Shown: positions 46,001 to 52,068 of the stretch, in pieces | How the letters are laid out: each line of letters begins with the position of its first letter | How positions within the stretch are numbered: position 1 is the first letter of the stretch | Origin: a virus | IMG/VR virus record: IMGVR_UViG_3300042868_007692 | Span: 9,165 to 73,164 of that record | DNA length: 64,000 bases | Reading direction: 5' to 3' (one strand) | The notes under the pieces: model-generated | What the model was told of the DNA's origin: nothing | The model's input: only the letters and a program-made list of their open reading frames with translations | Database searches by the model: none | Position numbers and translations under genes: made by a program

Positions 46001-47358
46001 ATTGAAGCATAAGTAGTAGGAGAAACTGCAGCTTGAGTTCCTAAGCCTACTGCTCCAGGAATAACTTTTTCTATTAAACCAATCTTTAATCTTTTTTTAA
46101 GGCTATTCTTTAAAGTTTTTTTAATGACATTTTTAGTAACTTGTTGCATTCCTGTTTTTGCTAAACTCCCTGCTCCTCCTGTTAAAAAAGTAGACCCTAT
46201 AAAAATTAAAGAAGACCCTGTACCTTCTCCAGTTTTATACCAAAAGGCATCTCTCTTACCTGTTTTTTCAACTACATCATTGAATTCAGCATAAGACCTT
46301 AAAAAGTCATTTTCTTCAGGAGTTCTCTCTTGCTCTTTTTTATCAATGACTTTTAATAAAGACATATCTGTAAGCATTCCTTGTACTCCTAGAGTTCCTA
46401 TGTTTCTCCAATCATTTTGAAGCCCTGACCAAGCATTTCTTTTATTTGCATTGTAGTCTTCAAGTAACTCTAAAGATTTATTATGTTGAGTTAAAGTAGC
46501 TCTTTTTAAATCTCTTTTATACCTAACTTCTTTAGCCTGAGTTAATTTATTTTGTTGATCTATTTGTTCTGGAGTAAACTCATTTCCAAGTAGACTTGTT
46601 TTTTCTTTTTTAGGAGAAATTAAATCTGCAAAACTTTCTAATAAGTCATAACTAAATTTTTGAGAGGGAGTCAAATCATCAGAAGCATCTATACCAATAA
46701 GAGAATCATGCTCTTTACTTAAAGCATCAATCTCTTCTTTGCTTTTTAATACTAGCCCAGCTTTATACTCTTCATACCTTTTAAGAGAAGGAGCTTGAGT
46801 TTTGTTAACAACCTCTTTTAAATCTTTAATTTGAGAATCTATTGCTGCAATTTGTTTTTGAGGAGAAGTTAACTCCTGTCCCATAATATTTTGTACTACA
46901 GGAGAAACAAAATCAGTTATATTAGAAACTATATCTGATATAAGTCCAGAAGCATACTTGTTTTTATTTAAGTTTGCTTTTTCTTTTTCTAATTGTAGTA
47001 ACTTCTCTTCTTTAAATTTAAAGTCAAGAAACTTTTTATCATCTTTTACATCTAACTTAATAACTTCATCTAAAGAACCTTTTTCAGGATTAAGATAAAA
47101 CTCTTCTTTTTGTTTTTTAAGTTCTAAAGCTGCATTTCTGGCAACAACTAATTTATCTAATTGTAAACTAGATTCAGACTGTTCATTTAAAACTTTATCA
47201 AATTGACCTGCAGGGGCTGAAGCAGCTTTACCTACTTGCTTCATAGAAGTAGTTGTACCTGGTTGAAACTTAGTCAACTCATTAGTCTTATACTCTTTTT
47301 GACTGTCAACTAACTTTGTAAATCTTTCTAAAGGAGTTAAATTTTTTTTTCCAGACAT
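34066..47358 (-). CDS. Giant virion-associated RNA polymerase (crAss-like) with C-terminal zincin domain, 4430 aa
   Basis: FRTPTSSH..GLDFDVDK (DxDxD at 37555-37569), STDAQEY, KPVY..YIKSS; HEVMH at 34774-34788. Confidence 0.9.
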   Translation of the reverse strand: MSGKKNLTPLERFTKLVDSQKEYKTNELTKFQPGTTTSMKQVGKAASAPAGQFDKVLNEQSESSLQLDKLVVARNAALELKKQKEEFYLNPEKGSLDEVIKLDVKDDKKFLDFKFKEEKLLQLEKEKANLNKNKYASGLISDIVSNITDFVSPVVQNIMGQELTSPQKQIAAIDSQIKDLKEVVNKTQAPSLKRYEEYKAGLVLKSKEEIDALSKEHDSLIGIDASDDLTPSQKFSYDLLESFADLISPKKEKTSLLGNEFTPEQIDQQNKLTQAKEVRYKRDLKRATLTQHNKSLELLEDYNANKRNAWSGLQNDWRNIGTLGVQGMLTDMSLLKVIDKKEQERTPEENDFLRSYAEFNDVVEKTGKRDAFWYKTGEGTGSSLIFIGSTFLTGGAGSLAKTGMQQVTKNVIKKTLKNSLKKRLKIGLIEKVIPGAVGLGTQAAVSPTTYASMLRQQVGDVRLVVDKDGSKKVVTNDAAYTQFMKEYDLKKSNLEYAISKLENKTNLSNQDKTQLEELNNYLSSLEGEKEMLRPKSWEESYLYGYTETVKEFGSEMYVGKLGNRLLNNKTTKGWISKLPFQKTRKFLSEIPKQGQNYVNNLGIGKLSSKALYHTGANKIYDGLPGEFIEELVVQATPTLRFENFTSQYLTQLEELANPDFYADVAGQTLLMSGHTTALGAVGNVANYKKRQEFYEERAAIRDMYKAIDNSMTDEDLAETVLMASGGTIFSQVDYDHKIQALREEGTPESLEAADTIEQKKFFNLAIKAIKTNTLDEFEKTLDKVIENKNTKFSEETALNILLAKGKISDLNKTYKKYGTRSNIDKIVDLAASKLNLGQSLEQLDKEILTQRELANQEYQDYLSTINVEASLMPVVSNPDTLLEIEPVDAEEAEKLEKFKQALDKAELPAVQTYVSLKAARNNIDSARKMTVKAFNEQVSPKYEETLQKIKNVQIQFSDSVRYIQENNLTDAGLEFDSTGEVILNDKFIDQAFVRLDTLGLSAQKVEEIKQKYKKIAKLQAKQKQTGSFDRIALLQETAKKVSEEKVKLINATENAIENENVQEATAEDITKHQTQLETVKQSLLHPIILDNEEIQDEYFDTLEIAAPVLLEEFNANQKVNPETIKELFNIESDITAETLSKFIENSLREDAVEEELPVTMGAISQSINEAQQQIEAVTKPNEVKKEGTPEVTKISAEAVVVSQDDFLDPLSLMPADTGAFNEEQVKIVGAVVKKVYGDMKKVSGQEPTFKDLLNYFIRFTTKEKAEESFDAYVLGWKVAGLAETNFEEIYDEVFEPLKNTVQEAQAHIDAIFKNVATKVSTAEEVVADGNEQLKITEKAQVKTVTFNDENVPVKSLNDRRITSLALRFGFNAIKYEEIEILDAQGKKTGTFVRQPVLTDTLNYEEGAIDYRELLDWDKYLPGSKVNVGMVPEAEWSNIRVYVGRDSENKPITKPYSEIFQEKLNANPDYRNSEDFINSVPVVAYNNEGQPVAYIHETSWYNPWNVADPNRKDNSVNPSSISSSHRQAIEESQNTISSFRKAVINQGVNKVTIKEKNNGAFYTIEKIKDAEGNFIELLSIKEANPQSVIVVQGNQNMLEVGMNKYFEDSTRVVINKEMINAKGARGKVWHLRRIGTDSEGRQTWQAFLTSNYKNIKEIGKTPAQELETVKWAWAAYSMFDTQVDKENKQVIQEIRNKFVVGGDYDVTEAQAKKIIKDIKDITGYNLMRYQDADAFFSLFFHPKTGNSRAEFGRQLYIASEKDFYLNVSRDGLDKNMQVPLIENGTVVNTNKTYQDFLKEKLTTGVRSFNIGTENNPKFVTSIQPTIVFEYTSEVEVVTPITAIAEINDVVKAETEEIKNKNFNVEQLLQEALKIQQELGFKPGVSFSALPATLEDVEALKDLFNLVPGLDISQEAHLIDFIYNYINTAIDLNPETKINKEQLLTSISNSYKDIVEPSKQKVQAILEKFAEIQEASEEVTAQKENLINILRVLTNIENHWNADSIKTVLEASGEAYTGQAGIIEKAMQEVTQTSDIKEKKDNLEEEEEEEDVTMKVKSFEDNASLTESGKNKTSYRLRRFMSGVKKLDLEGNVIKGFLGLPTYVNYNEVYDTLYQLLGSGVYIDSNYEMMKAKILEMKQAQPWVVELMERFDKADAQLRNELVVNYRKHAVNMKFTMYISTPEGSKLQVYDTNANEVSRVIMNSWKNNFKASPLVNVEAGEYLINKEKAEELLREYSSWKDKNFDVTDEAVQAWLENFGITLSKGYWNELKSIGFSYQNTFIPYALSFEGNNTPIGLLAEYLRKVQNQKNLNFEENSKAHPFNDMQTVIKTLAKADSKYSGKILSKNFRVAGKNISGITNPTFVTDRVDDLIKSISSGDRELIKNLKSISISSNSTLLELLENDPNFYKKLEANYLSLEALKEFGKASSNFAGITDLNNLDHDITKLGMFQDTQQGTIAHKVGDFTMRVARMFLPTMSDKSQMLTVATGAFNFMAESAIAFNRQEDGVTFTEDLRELLYQKLILPEMKRIANFHKNVKATDIKDYDNAAQLFNFFPVLNTLVDENGDRVVQHLVTGDIKATEILFKEALIDAVETTMHNLVTEKSEVWEEFKQKDKSGQTIKINVFDSKYLNSGKGNLDEKFEIAVYDYVLNSVLNNADMFTVIAGDPALYSQDKLFKEVDKPYFATNDTFYTTLSEKQGINIGKRLALLIAPGRTLAESANKTYKQIFLKDSVDITENAEYLISLFEGEEALNGTLFENASQTIKEALTEYKTANKTRQTVIRKALKDKFKDIEKLGDYFDIESTDAQEYTTLKEHLYILFHDGKLSESKYKDLTEKAIKGITLTKEELGIVLQPIKPVYTGQLFDKDEQGNIKNDVARTVYIKSSSFPLIPELTAGTKLENLRVSLEALEAKYDTTVRASYQTANKVGAKIDSQTIDPLDVESLKGIETAMLTLNRKDFRIQQDVPFKSDLKKEDKVAMGTQIFKLLFGDGMLNLSGFNYEDKSMTGKELYEKYNEVFTNLVENKKQSLFKELGLNSNGVPVSEKVTMQKLQNLLQKEAINRNYPIQDIKSLGLETQVDKEGNEYFDFKIPLWLTTNSDRFESLLNAIVTNRLMNHKIPGNSFVAGSENGFGFQENLSGVQESRVIYLDNYNGVELQGAGVNTDGSFRKAQVLAPSKFKNKEGKLVDLFAKSEGDFIYIEKRENGTWKLKEGMISPELLNQFSFRTPTSSHVSASSIEIVGILPPEVGDLMIVPKNFTKQKGLDFDVDKENVYQLNHIVDFKTGKIEVLNEKHKQKALARLKKLLEEENNIFKSEFGLASMEDFFTLLGSQLDEDTIKELQDQGSNIEKQIEIVTSKLDQKLLENEFIKIHTAVFNNPSKKVQGKINKVLSMDFARQQADLIQESIGTGKTFKETQMLAQEGESIKETEKALKSIVPTFTILSDEYQKKKMGLGSVGKMAIGIYSNYVTFHALTQQTSAPLRLLKSTEEGPENYSITIGKLSSEGVLGKERTLDGFRSIAEVFAERQNTATDNEKEQILGRVNVNGLTIGVDSLLTLLGFDKTTYTENGTTKNLSVAYALLSQPILKDYVEMMQKGKGLTAKYNPNLEQEVIEALENKYKTDSTQEDLKIDSSILTGDALMEGLTTNGSSPAVQLASLKLFLELNDYSKNLAKVQSVLFTGNLGKSIVESNIVHTSLSQFSENSKVANVSSLIGDFLPINTLSDVTGYVRIGDYYVKPQTPQGQIVVQGVYTSQTLWSDFFPYNDPGLQAVISEILNISEVDATNKFKNIEKTLSIIKEVKKYIYSWKGLGLYTEDTAVERKRLFISSASNTSLAEYLSKNTNEEAIVNNKLLNRFTYEVEVDGVSPSFVKYNNTISDNLEEKYLYNSLAELIIQDKPLPNWNGQPFSTKQLAQELITYAYLEGGVQEAIQFIKYIPVEYLSQVGVKTKDGFVSAATIMQRINVKRNPAIFTQLLGAPGENSVEKSIFIKQYFQHNPQEAKVFPDDVNKNNADTFILNEPESPKFITIRKSSKGKQGKLKQNKYQLYEHIGNNTYQRINVLGVHGMNEYQALVKSAKSIIENAPSKTVENQPAVTGVKTEFDTVFDPKLGTVQNDSSVSDTLKRIANSGKESSKRHKVLAEVLIPFASNTQVKIVDTKSIFGVTTSGAYLEGVIYIDQNTPLDKRERVFMHEVMHALTHRDLLKYYSKDKDGFYSVLSPSAPGHVVALHEVWQDFISKTDASLIEKAKQKTLDLRAKIPTLMTSEELEIGYPAVDILEFVAVAFESESFQKYLSTLKTDSGVNLLDKFVEAIKNTLAQLGIEIKAGTLAETSLNNVLNFIESETEIKKQNDIFATTDVDVSALEQEIADRALIEQEDTENAPSQDYSTDSELTPEVNLLPYSAKIASLNISEEEWNSLTSEEKQKIKECN

Positions 47359-47392
47359 GATAATTAATTTAGAATTGTAAAATTAGTAAAAT

Positions 47393-49414
47393 TTATTCAG
47401 AAAGTATCAGATCAGAAATAATATCTAAAGTATTTACATCTTTTATATTAGAAGTTCTTCCATTTCCAACTACATCTCCTTTTTTATGTAAAAGAGTTTT
47501 TTTACCATTAATAGTTTGATAGTAGTCTTTACCATAATAAGTAAGACCATTGCCTAGTGGAATAACAGCATTACTTTTACTTAACTTTCTTTCTGTTCTC
47601 ATTCTTCTACCCTCTTGACTATTTAGAATTTCATTAACAGGACCTGTTTCAATATTACTAATTCTTCCTATTACTTCTTTACCTTGTACATTAATTTTAA
47701 TGCCATAATCCATTTTGTCTGAATCATTCATTGCCCAAATAGGAGTAACTCCTGATTTATCCGTATTAAAATTAACTATGTTAGTACCATCTGTATATAC
47801 AAAAGTTTGCTTTCCTAATTCCCCTGTTTGAGAGCCTCCTGTTACAGGAGTCTTTTTATAAAAACCATATTTGACTAAATCATTCATAGATACCTGAGTT
47901 CCTCCTATGTCTCTAAAAGAAGTAACTCCATTTTGAACTACTTTAATTTTAAAACCTGAAGGTAGTGTCATTTTTACATTCATGTGTAAACCATTATTAA
48001 AAACATGGTCAGCAACTTTTTGTTGTTGTTTAGTAGTTAACCCTGTTTTTTCCCAAGACATATTAGTATCTCTAGTGGTAATATAGTTAGAATCTAAATG
48101 TAAATTCCAAGCCTCTTGAGCTTTAGGGTCAGTACTATTAGCATCAAAACCAGTCTCTCTTTTAAAGTCAGCTTTTGTAGCTTGTAACACTTTATTTTTA
48201 TAAGAAGCATCTTGGTACTGTTGATAAATTTCTTTACCTGCTGCAGTATTTTTTACTGCACTAAAGTCTCCTTTTTCAATAGCTTTTATAAGAGAAGCAT
48301 TATCAGGATTTTTTATAAACTCACTGTAACTAGAAGCTCCACTTTGGTCTACAAGTAATTGAATAGCTTGAACTTTAGATTGTTTAATACCTGCATAAGC
48401 TTTTTCTAAATTTGCATTGAAAGTTTTAGAATCTTTACCTGCATAAGCAGTGTAAGTTGCTCCCTCTTTTCCTCCTTCTAAGGTAGCTCCTACATATACA
48501 GTCTCCATTTTATCCATTTCTTTAGCAGCTCCAACTGTGTTCATTATCTTTCCTCCTCCAATAGAAGTTTCTTTTCCTCCATATTTTTGTTGAAGTAAAT
48601 TTAAACTGCTACCAAAAAATGAACCTGCCTCAGTATTTAATCCTTCAGGAGTAATACTATTTTCATAACCATACATATCATATTTTTGTCTTTGAGCTAT
48701 CCCTTGTAAGTAATTTGGAGTAGTCTCTAAAAAGTTTTTATACATTGATTGAAGTTGGTCAGGAGTAAAGAATTTTTCACTACTATTACTTTTTACTCTC
48801 CATCCTCCTCTATCATTATCCCAACTCGTAGAATGATTAACTCCTGGAACTGCTCCTTTCATTATATCTTCTAAAACTATTAATGTGTCTTTAACTCCAA
48901 TAGTTTCTTCTGTTTGAAAAGTATTAAAAACCCCAGGAGACTTATAATCTACTCCTGAGTATTCTTGCATCTTAGTTGCTTTTATTTTATCAAACAAACC
49001 TGGAGCATAAAGATTAGGATCTTTTTTAATTTTTTCTTCTTCTGCTGTTACCCAATCATCATAAAGTTTTTTATTATGTTGCATGCTAGCTACTTTACCT
49101 AAAGACCAATCTTCATTAATTCTTTTCTTTAAACTGTAAAGAGTAGTCTTATCATAACTCATAACATTATTTAAAATAGAGTTTACACTAGTATCTATTT
49201 CATCTTCATATTGTTTAATAAGTTTTTGTAATTCTGGTTTGTCAGGATCTAAAACTTGAGCTTTAAGAGTTTCTCCTAAAGCTGTTCTTGCATCTATATC
49301 TCCTTGAATTTCTTGGTCTTTTTTTGCTATAGCTCCAGCCATTAATTCATAGGGAGCTTGGTACATTGCATTGTCTAAAAAAGTGGCTTCTGTACCTTTG
49401 TAAAATTGTCCCAT
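47393..49414 (-). CDS. Putative virion cargo protein
   Basis: 673-aa ORF between cargo and vRNAP genes; N-terminal YQAPYELM plus coiled coil. Confidence 0.65.
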   Translation of the reverse strand: MGQFYKGTEATFLDNAMYQAPYELMAGAIAKKDQEIQGDIDARTALGETLKAQVLDPDKPELQKLIKQYEDEIDTSVNSILNNVMSYDKTTLYSLKKRINEDWSLGKVASMQHNKKLYDDWVTAEEEKIKKDPNLYAPGLFDKIKATKMQEYSGVDYKSPGVFNTFQTEETIGVKDTLIVLEDIMKGAVPGVNHSTSWDNDRGGWRVKSNSSEKFFTPDQLQSMYKNFLETTPNYLQGIAQRQKYDMYGYENSITPEGLNTEAGSFFGSSLNLLQQKYGGKETSIGGGKIMNTVGAAKEMDKMETVYVGATLEGGKEGATYTAYAGKDSKTFNANLEKAYAGIKQSKVQAIQLLVDQSGASSYSEFIKNPDNASLIKAIEKGDFSAVKNTAAGKEIYQQYQDASYKNKVLQATKADFKRETGFDANSTDPKAQEAWNLHLDSNYITTRDTNMSWEKTGLTTKQQQKVADHVFNNGLHMNVKMTLPSGFKIKVVQNGVTSFRDIGGTQVSMNDLVKYGFYKKTPVTGGSQTGELGKQTFVYTDGTNIVNFNTDKSGVTPIWAMNDSDKMDYGIKINVQGKEVIGRISNIETGPVNEILNSQEGRRMRTERKLSKSNAVIPLGNGLTYYGKDYYQTINGKKTLLHKKGDVVGNGRTSNIKDVNTLDIISDLILSE

Positions 49415-49416
49415 GA

Positions 49417-52041
49417 TTATTGCTTATTAGTTTTTAATTGTTTTAATAACTCATTGATTTGTCCTTGAGTTAACTTCATTTTTTTACCTGTTGCAGGGTC
49501 TGTAAAATCTATGGTCTTAGCTGAAAGATCTCCATTATTTTCTCCTTGTACATAAGTACCAGAGTTTTTAACTAAATTCCATTTAGCTTTATTAGATTTC
49601 ATATCATTAAAATCTGCTCCAGCCTGCATAAGACCTTCAGCAAATTGATTTCTTCCTAATCCTAAAGCAGTGTAGTAAGCATCCTTAGCAGCTTCATTAG
49701 CAATAGCAGCATCATACTCTCCTTTACCTTTAAGTTGGTCTGCATTCATAGCCACTCCTGATTTTTGTACATCTATCTGAGATAGTTGTCCTGCAGCATT
49801 AGCACTGATTTCTGCAATCTGTTGATTTAAAGCTGTATCATAAAGCCAATCCATAGCTCTCATTTGGTTTACTCCTCTAGCACTTCCTCTAGCACCTTTC
49901 TTACCTCCTCTACTTGTAGTAGAAGCTTTAATAATAGCTTGAGCTTTTTGACCTTCTATAGAAGCTTTAGCATTATCAAGTAATTTTTGAGACTCTTTTC
50001 CAGCATTTTTATAAACATTAGTATGAGTTACATCAGTACTTCTCTGTTCAGCAGCATTCTTCATACCTGCTGTCATCCCTAGATAATTACCAATAAGTTT
50101 AGTCATATCTCCTGTAGTAGGCATATTATCTCCTAATGCTTTCATAAACTTATTTTCTCCTGGAGTTTTCATCTCACCTGTAAAATGTTCAGGAGTATCT
50201 CCTTTAAATTTACCAAATTGTCTAGGAGAAGTTTGAGTGTTGCCAGTATTTTCTAAAGGAACAAAAGTTGAAATAAAATCTCCAGCTCCATAATCTTTAG
50301 CTATCTCTGGTTTTTCTCCAAAGTTATTTGCCATACTCAGTACTGGAGAAGGCTCTAGATTTTTCATATAATCAGGAGCTGTAGGCTTTGGAGTAGCCAT
50401 TGCATATTTTTTATTTATACTTTTACTAGTTCCTATTACTCCTGGAGTTTGTAGCATAGAAGCTATATCTACAATAGGGTTTCCAAATTCATCATATTGA
50501 ATTTCTCCTACTGTACCACCATTAGCCATTTTTTGAATACCTTCTACACCTGTACCAAAAGCTTTAACCATAGTATCAGCCATAGCTTGCATATTATTTA
50601 CTTGCTCTTGGAATTGTAAGTCACTAGCTTCTTCTTTTTGAACAGCTTCCATTCTTCTTTTCAAAGCATTCTTAGTAGCAACATCTACTAACTTATCAGA
50701 AGCAGCTTTTTCAAGATTAGCTATTTTTCTTTCTCTGGCTTCTTTTCTTTCAGCTAAAGTTTTACCTCCTACTTTTAATCTGTCTGAATATACTTTAGTC
50801 CCCTCTTCTACATCTTGTCCTACTTCTAATGGAATACCTCCTTGTTCATGGCTAGGGCCTTCAAATTCTCCTACTTCTCCTTGTGGAGTTTCATACATTT
50901 CTCCTCCTTCTACTTCTACATCTTCTTGAACATCATTCATTCCCATAGCTGCAGTAGCTCCTGCCATAACTCCTTTAGCACCTGAAGGATTTGGAGTAGT
51001 CCCTCCTCCTTTTCCTCCTCCTGTAAAGCTACCTGCCATGCCTATACCTTGTTGCATAAGTCCTCCAACCATAGCTGTAATAGGTAACCAAGGATTTGAC
51101 AAAGCTTCAGATTCAGCTTTAGCTAACATGATATTGTAATCATTCATAGCTTCAGCAGGAGAGATTATATAGTTATTAGGATCCATGCCATTAGAGTTAG
51201 TTCCATTAGCATATTTTTTTCTAGGGTTCATTTTTGATTTCATAATTCCTTGGGAGTTAGTGCCATAAGCTAATTGTTGTTCTTTCCACTTTTTAAGTTG
51301 GATAGAGTTAGTTATAGGAGTGTAAGAAGTGTTAGACTCTGTACCTGGTTTTTCTACTTTACCATGTTTAGGATTTGTGTTATAGTAAATTACTTTTTTA
51401 GGTACAGGTTGATATTCTTTTTCTTCTTGTTTCTGTAAGATAGGATCTATTACTTGATTTTGTGTAGCTCCTGCTACATCACTTAAAGTATTGATAGTAT
51501 TTAAAGTTGCTGCTGTTGTATTAATAGCATCTTGTTTTGCAGGAGCTTTTGCTGTAATTTTTTCAACTATTTTAGCAGTACCTTTTTCAACTCCTTTAAT
51601 CCCTTTTTCAAAAGTTTTTGCTCCTTCTCCAACAACAATAGAAGCTGCTGCTATAGGATTAGCTTTACCTCCTTTACTTACTTTTTGAGCTGCTTTACCA
51701 AAAGTAGTCCCTTCTTTTAAAATTGTAGGTACTACTTTTTCAGTTTTTGCTACAACTTTGTTTACTTTATTTAAAGCTTTAATATACTTATTTGCTGTTC
51801 TTACCCCTTTAATAGCTTTACCTGCTTTTCCTATAATAGGTAAAGCTCCTAAAACTTCTAACCCAGTTTCTAAAGAAAGTAATCCATTCTTTTTGTAACT
51901 TCTATAAACATCATCATAAGATGAGATTCCTGTAGGATCAAAGATTTCAAAAATATCTTCAGCCAAAGAATCTTTTGAAGAAGTCTTTTTATACTTCTTA
52001 GCAGGGTTAGGTTTCTTATTAGATTTTTTAGGTGGTAACAT
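49417..52041 (-). CDS. Putative virion cargo/ejection protein
   Basis: VEVEGGE..GPSHEQGGIP motif recalled from crAss-like virion proteins; Gly/Ala/Met-rich helices; follows the muzzle gene. Confidence 0.7.
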   Translation of the reverse strand: MLPPKKSNKKPNPAKKYKKTSSKDSLAEDIFEIFDPTGISSYDDVYRSYKKNGLLSLETGLEVLGALPIIGKAGKAIKGVRTANKYIKALNKVNKVVAKTEKVVPTILKEGTTFGKAAQKVSKGGKANPIAAASIVVGEGAKTFEKGIKGVEKGTAKIVEKITAKAPAKQDAINTTAATLNTINTLSDVAGATQNQVIDPILQKQEEKEYQPVPKKVIYYNTNPKHGKVEKPGTESNTSYTPITNSIQLKKWKEQQLAYGTNSQGIMKSKMNPRKKYANGTNSNGMDPNNYIISPAEAMNDYNIMLAKAESEALSNPWLPITAMVGGLMQQGIGMAGSFTGGGKGGGTTPNPSGAKGVMAGATAAMGMNDVQEDVEVEGGEMYETPQGEVGEFEGPSHEQGGIPLEVGQDVEEGTKVYSDRLKVGGKTLAERKEARERKIANLEKAASDKLVDVATKNALKRRMEAVQKEEASDLQFQEQVNNMQAMADTMVKAFGTGVEGIQKMANGGTVGEIQYDEFGNPIVDIASMLQTPGVIGTSKSINKKYAMATPKPTAPDYMKNLEPSPVLSMANNFGEKPEIAKDYGAGDFISTFVPLENTGNTQTSPRQFGKFKGDTPEHFTGEMKTPGENKFMKALGDNMPTTGDMTKLIGNYLGMTAGMKNAAEQRSTDVTHTNVYKNAGKESQKLLDNAKASIEGQKAQAIIKASTTSRGGKKGARGSARGVNQMRAMDWLYDTALNQQIAEISANAAGQLSQIDVQKSGVAMNADQLKGKGEYDAAIANEAAKDAYYTALGLGRNQFAEGLMQAGADFNDMKSNKAKWNLVKNSGTYVQGENNGDLSAKTIDFTDPATGKKMKLTQGQINELLKQLKTNKQ

Positions 52042-52068
52042 CTTGCTTTAATTTATTAAAGGTTAAAC

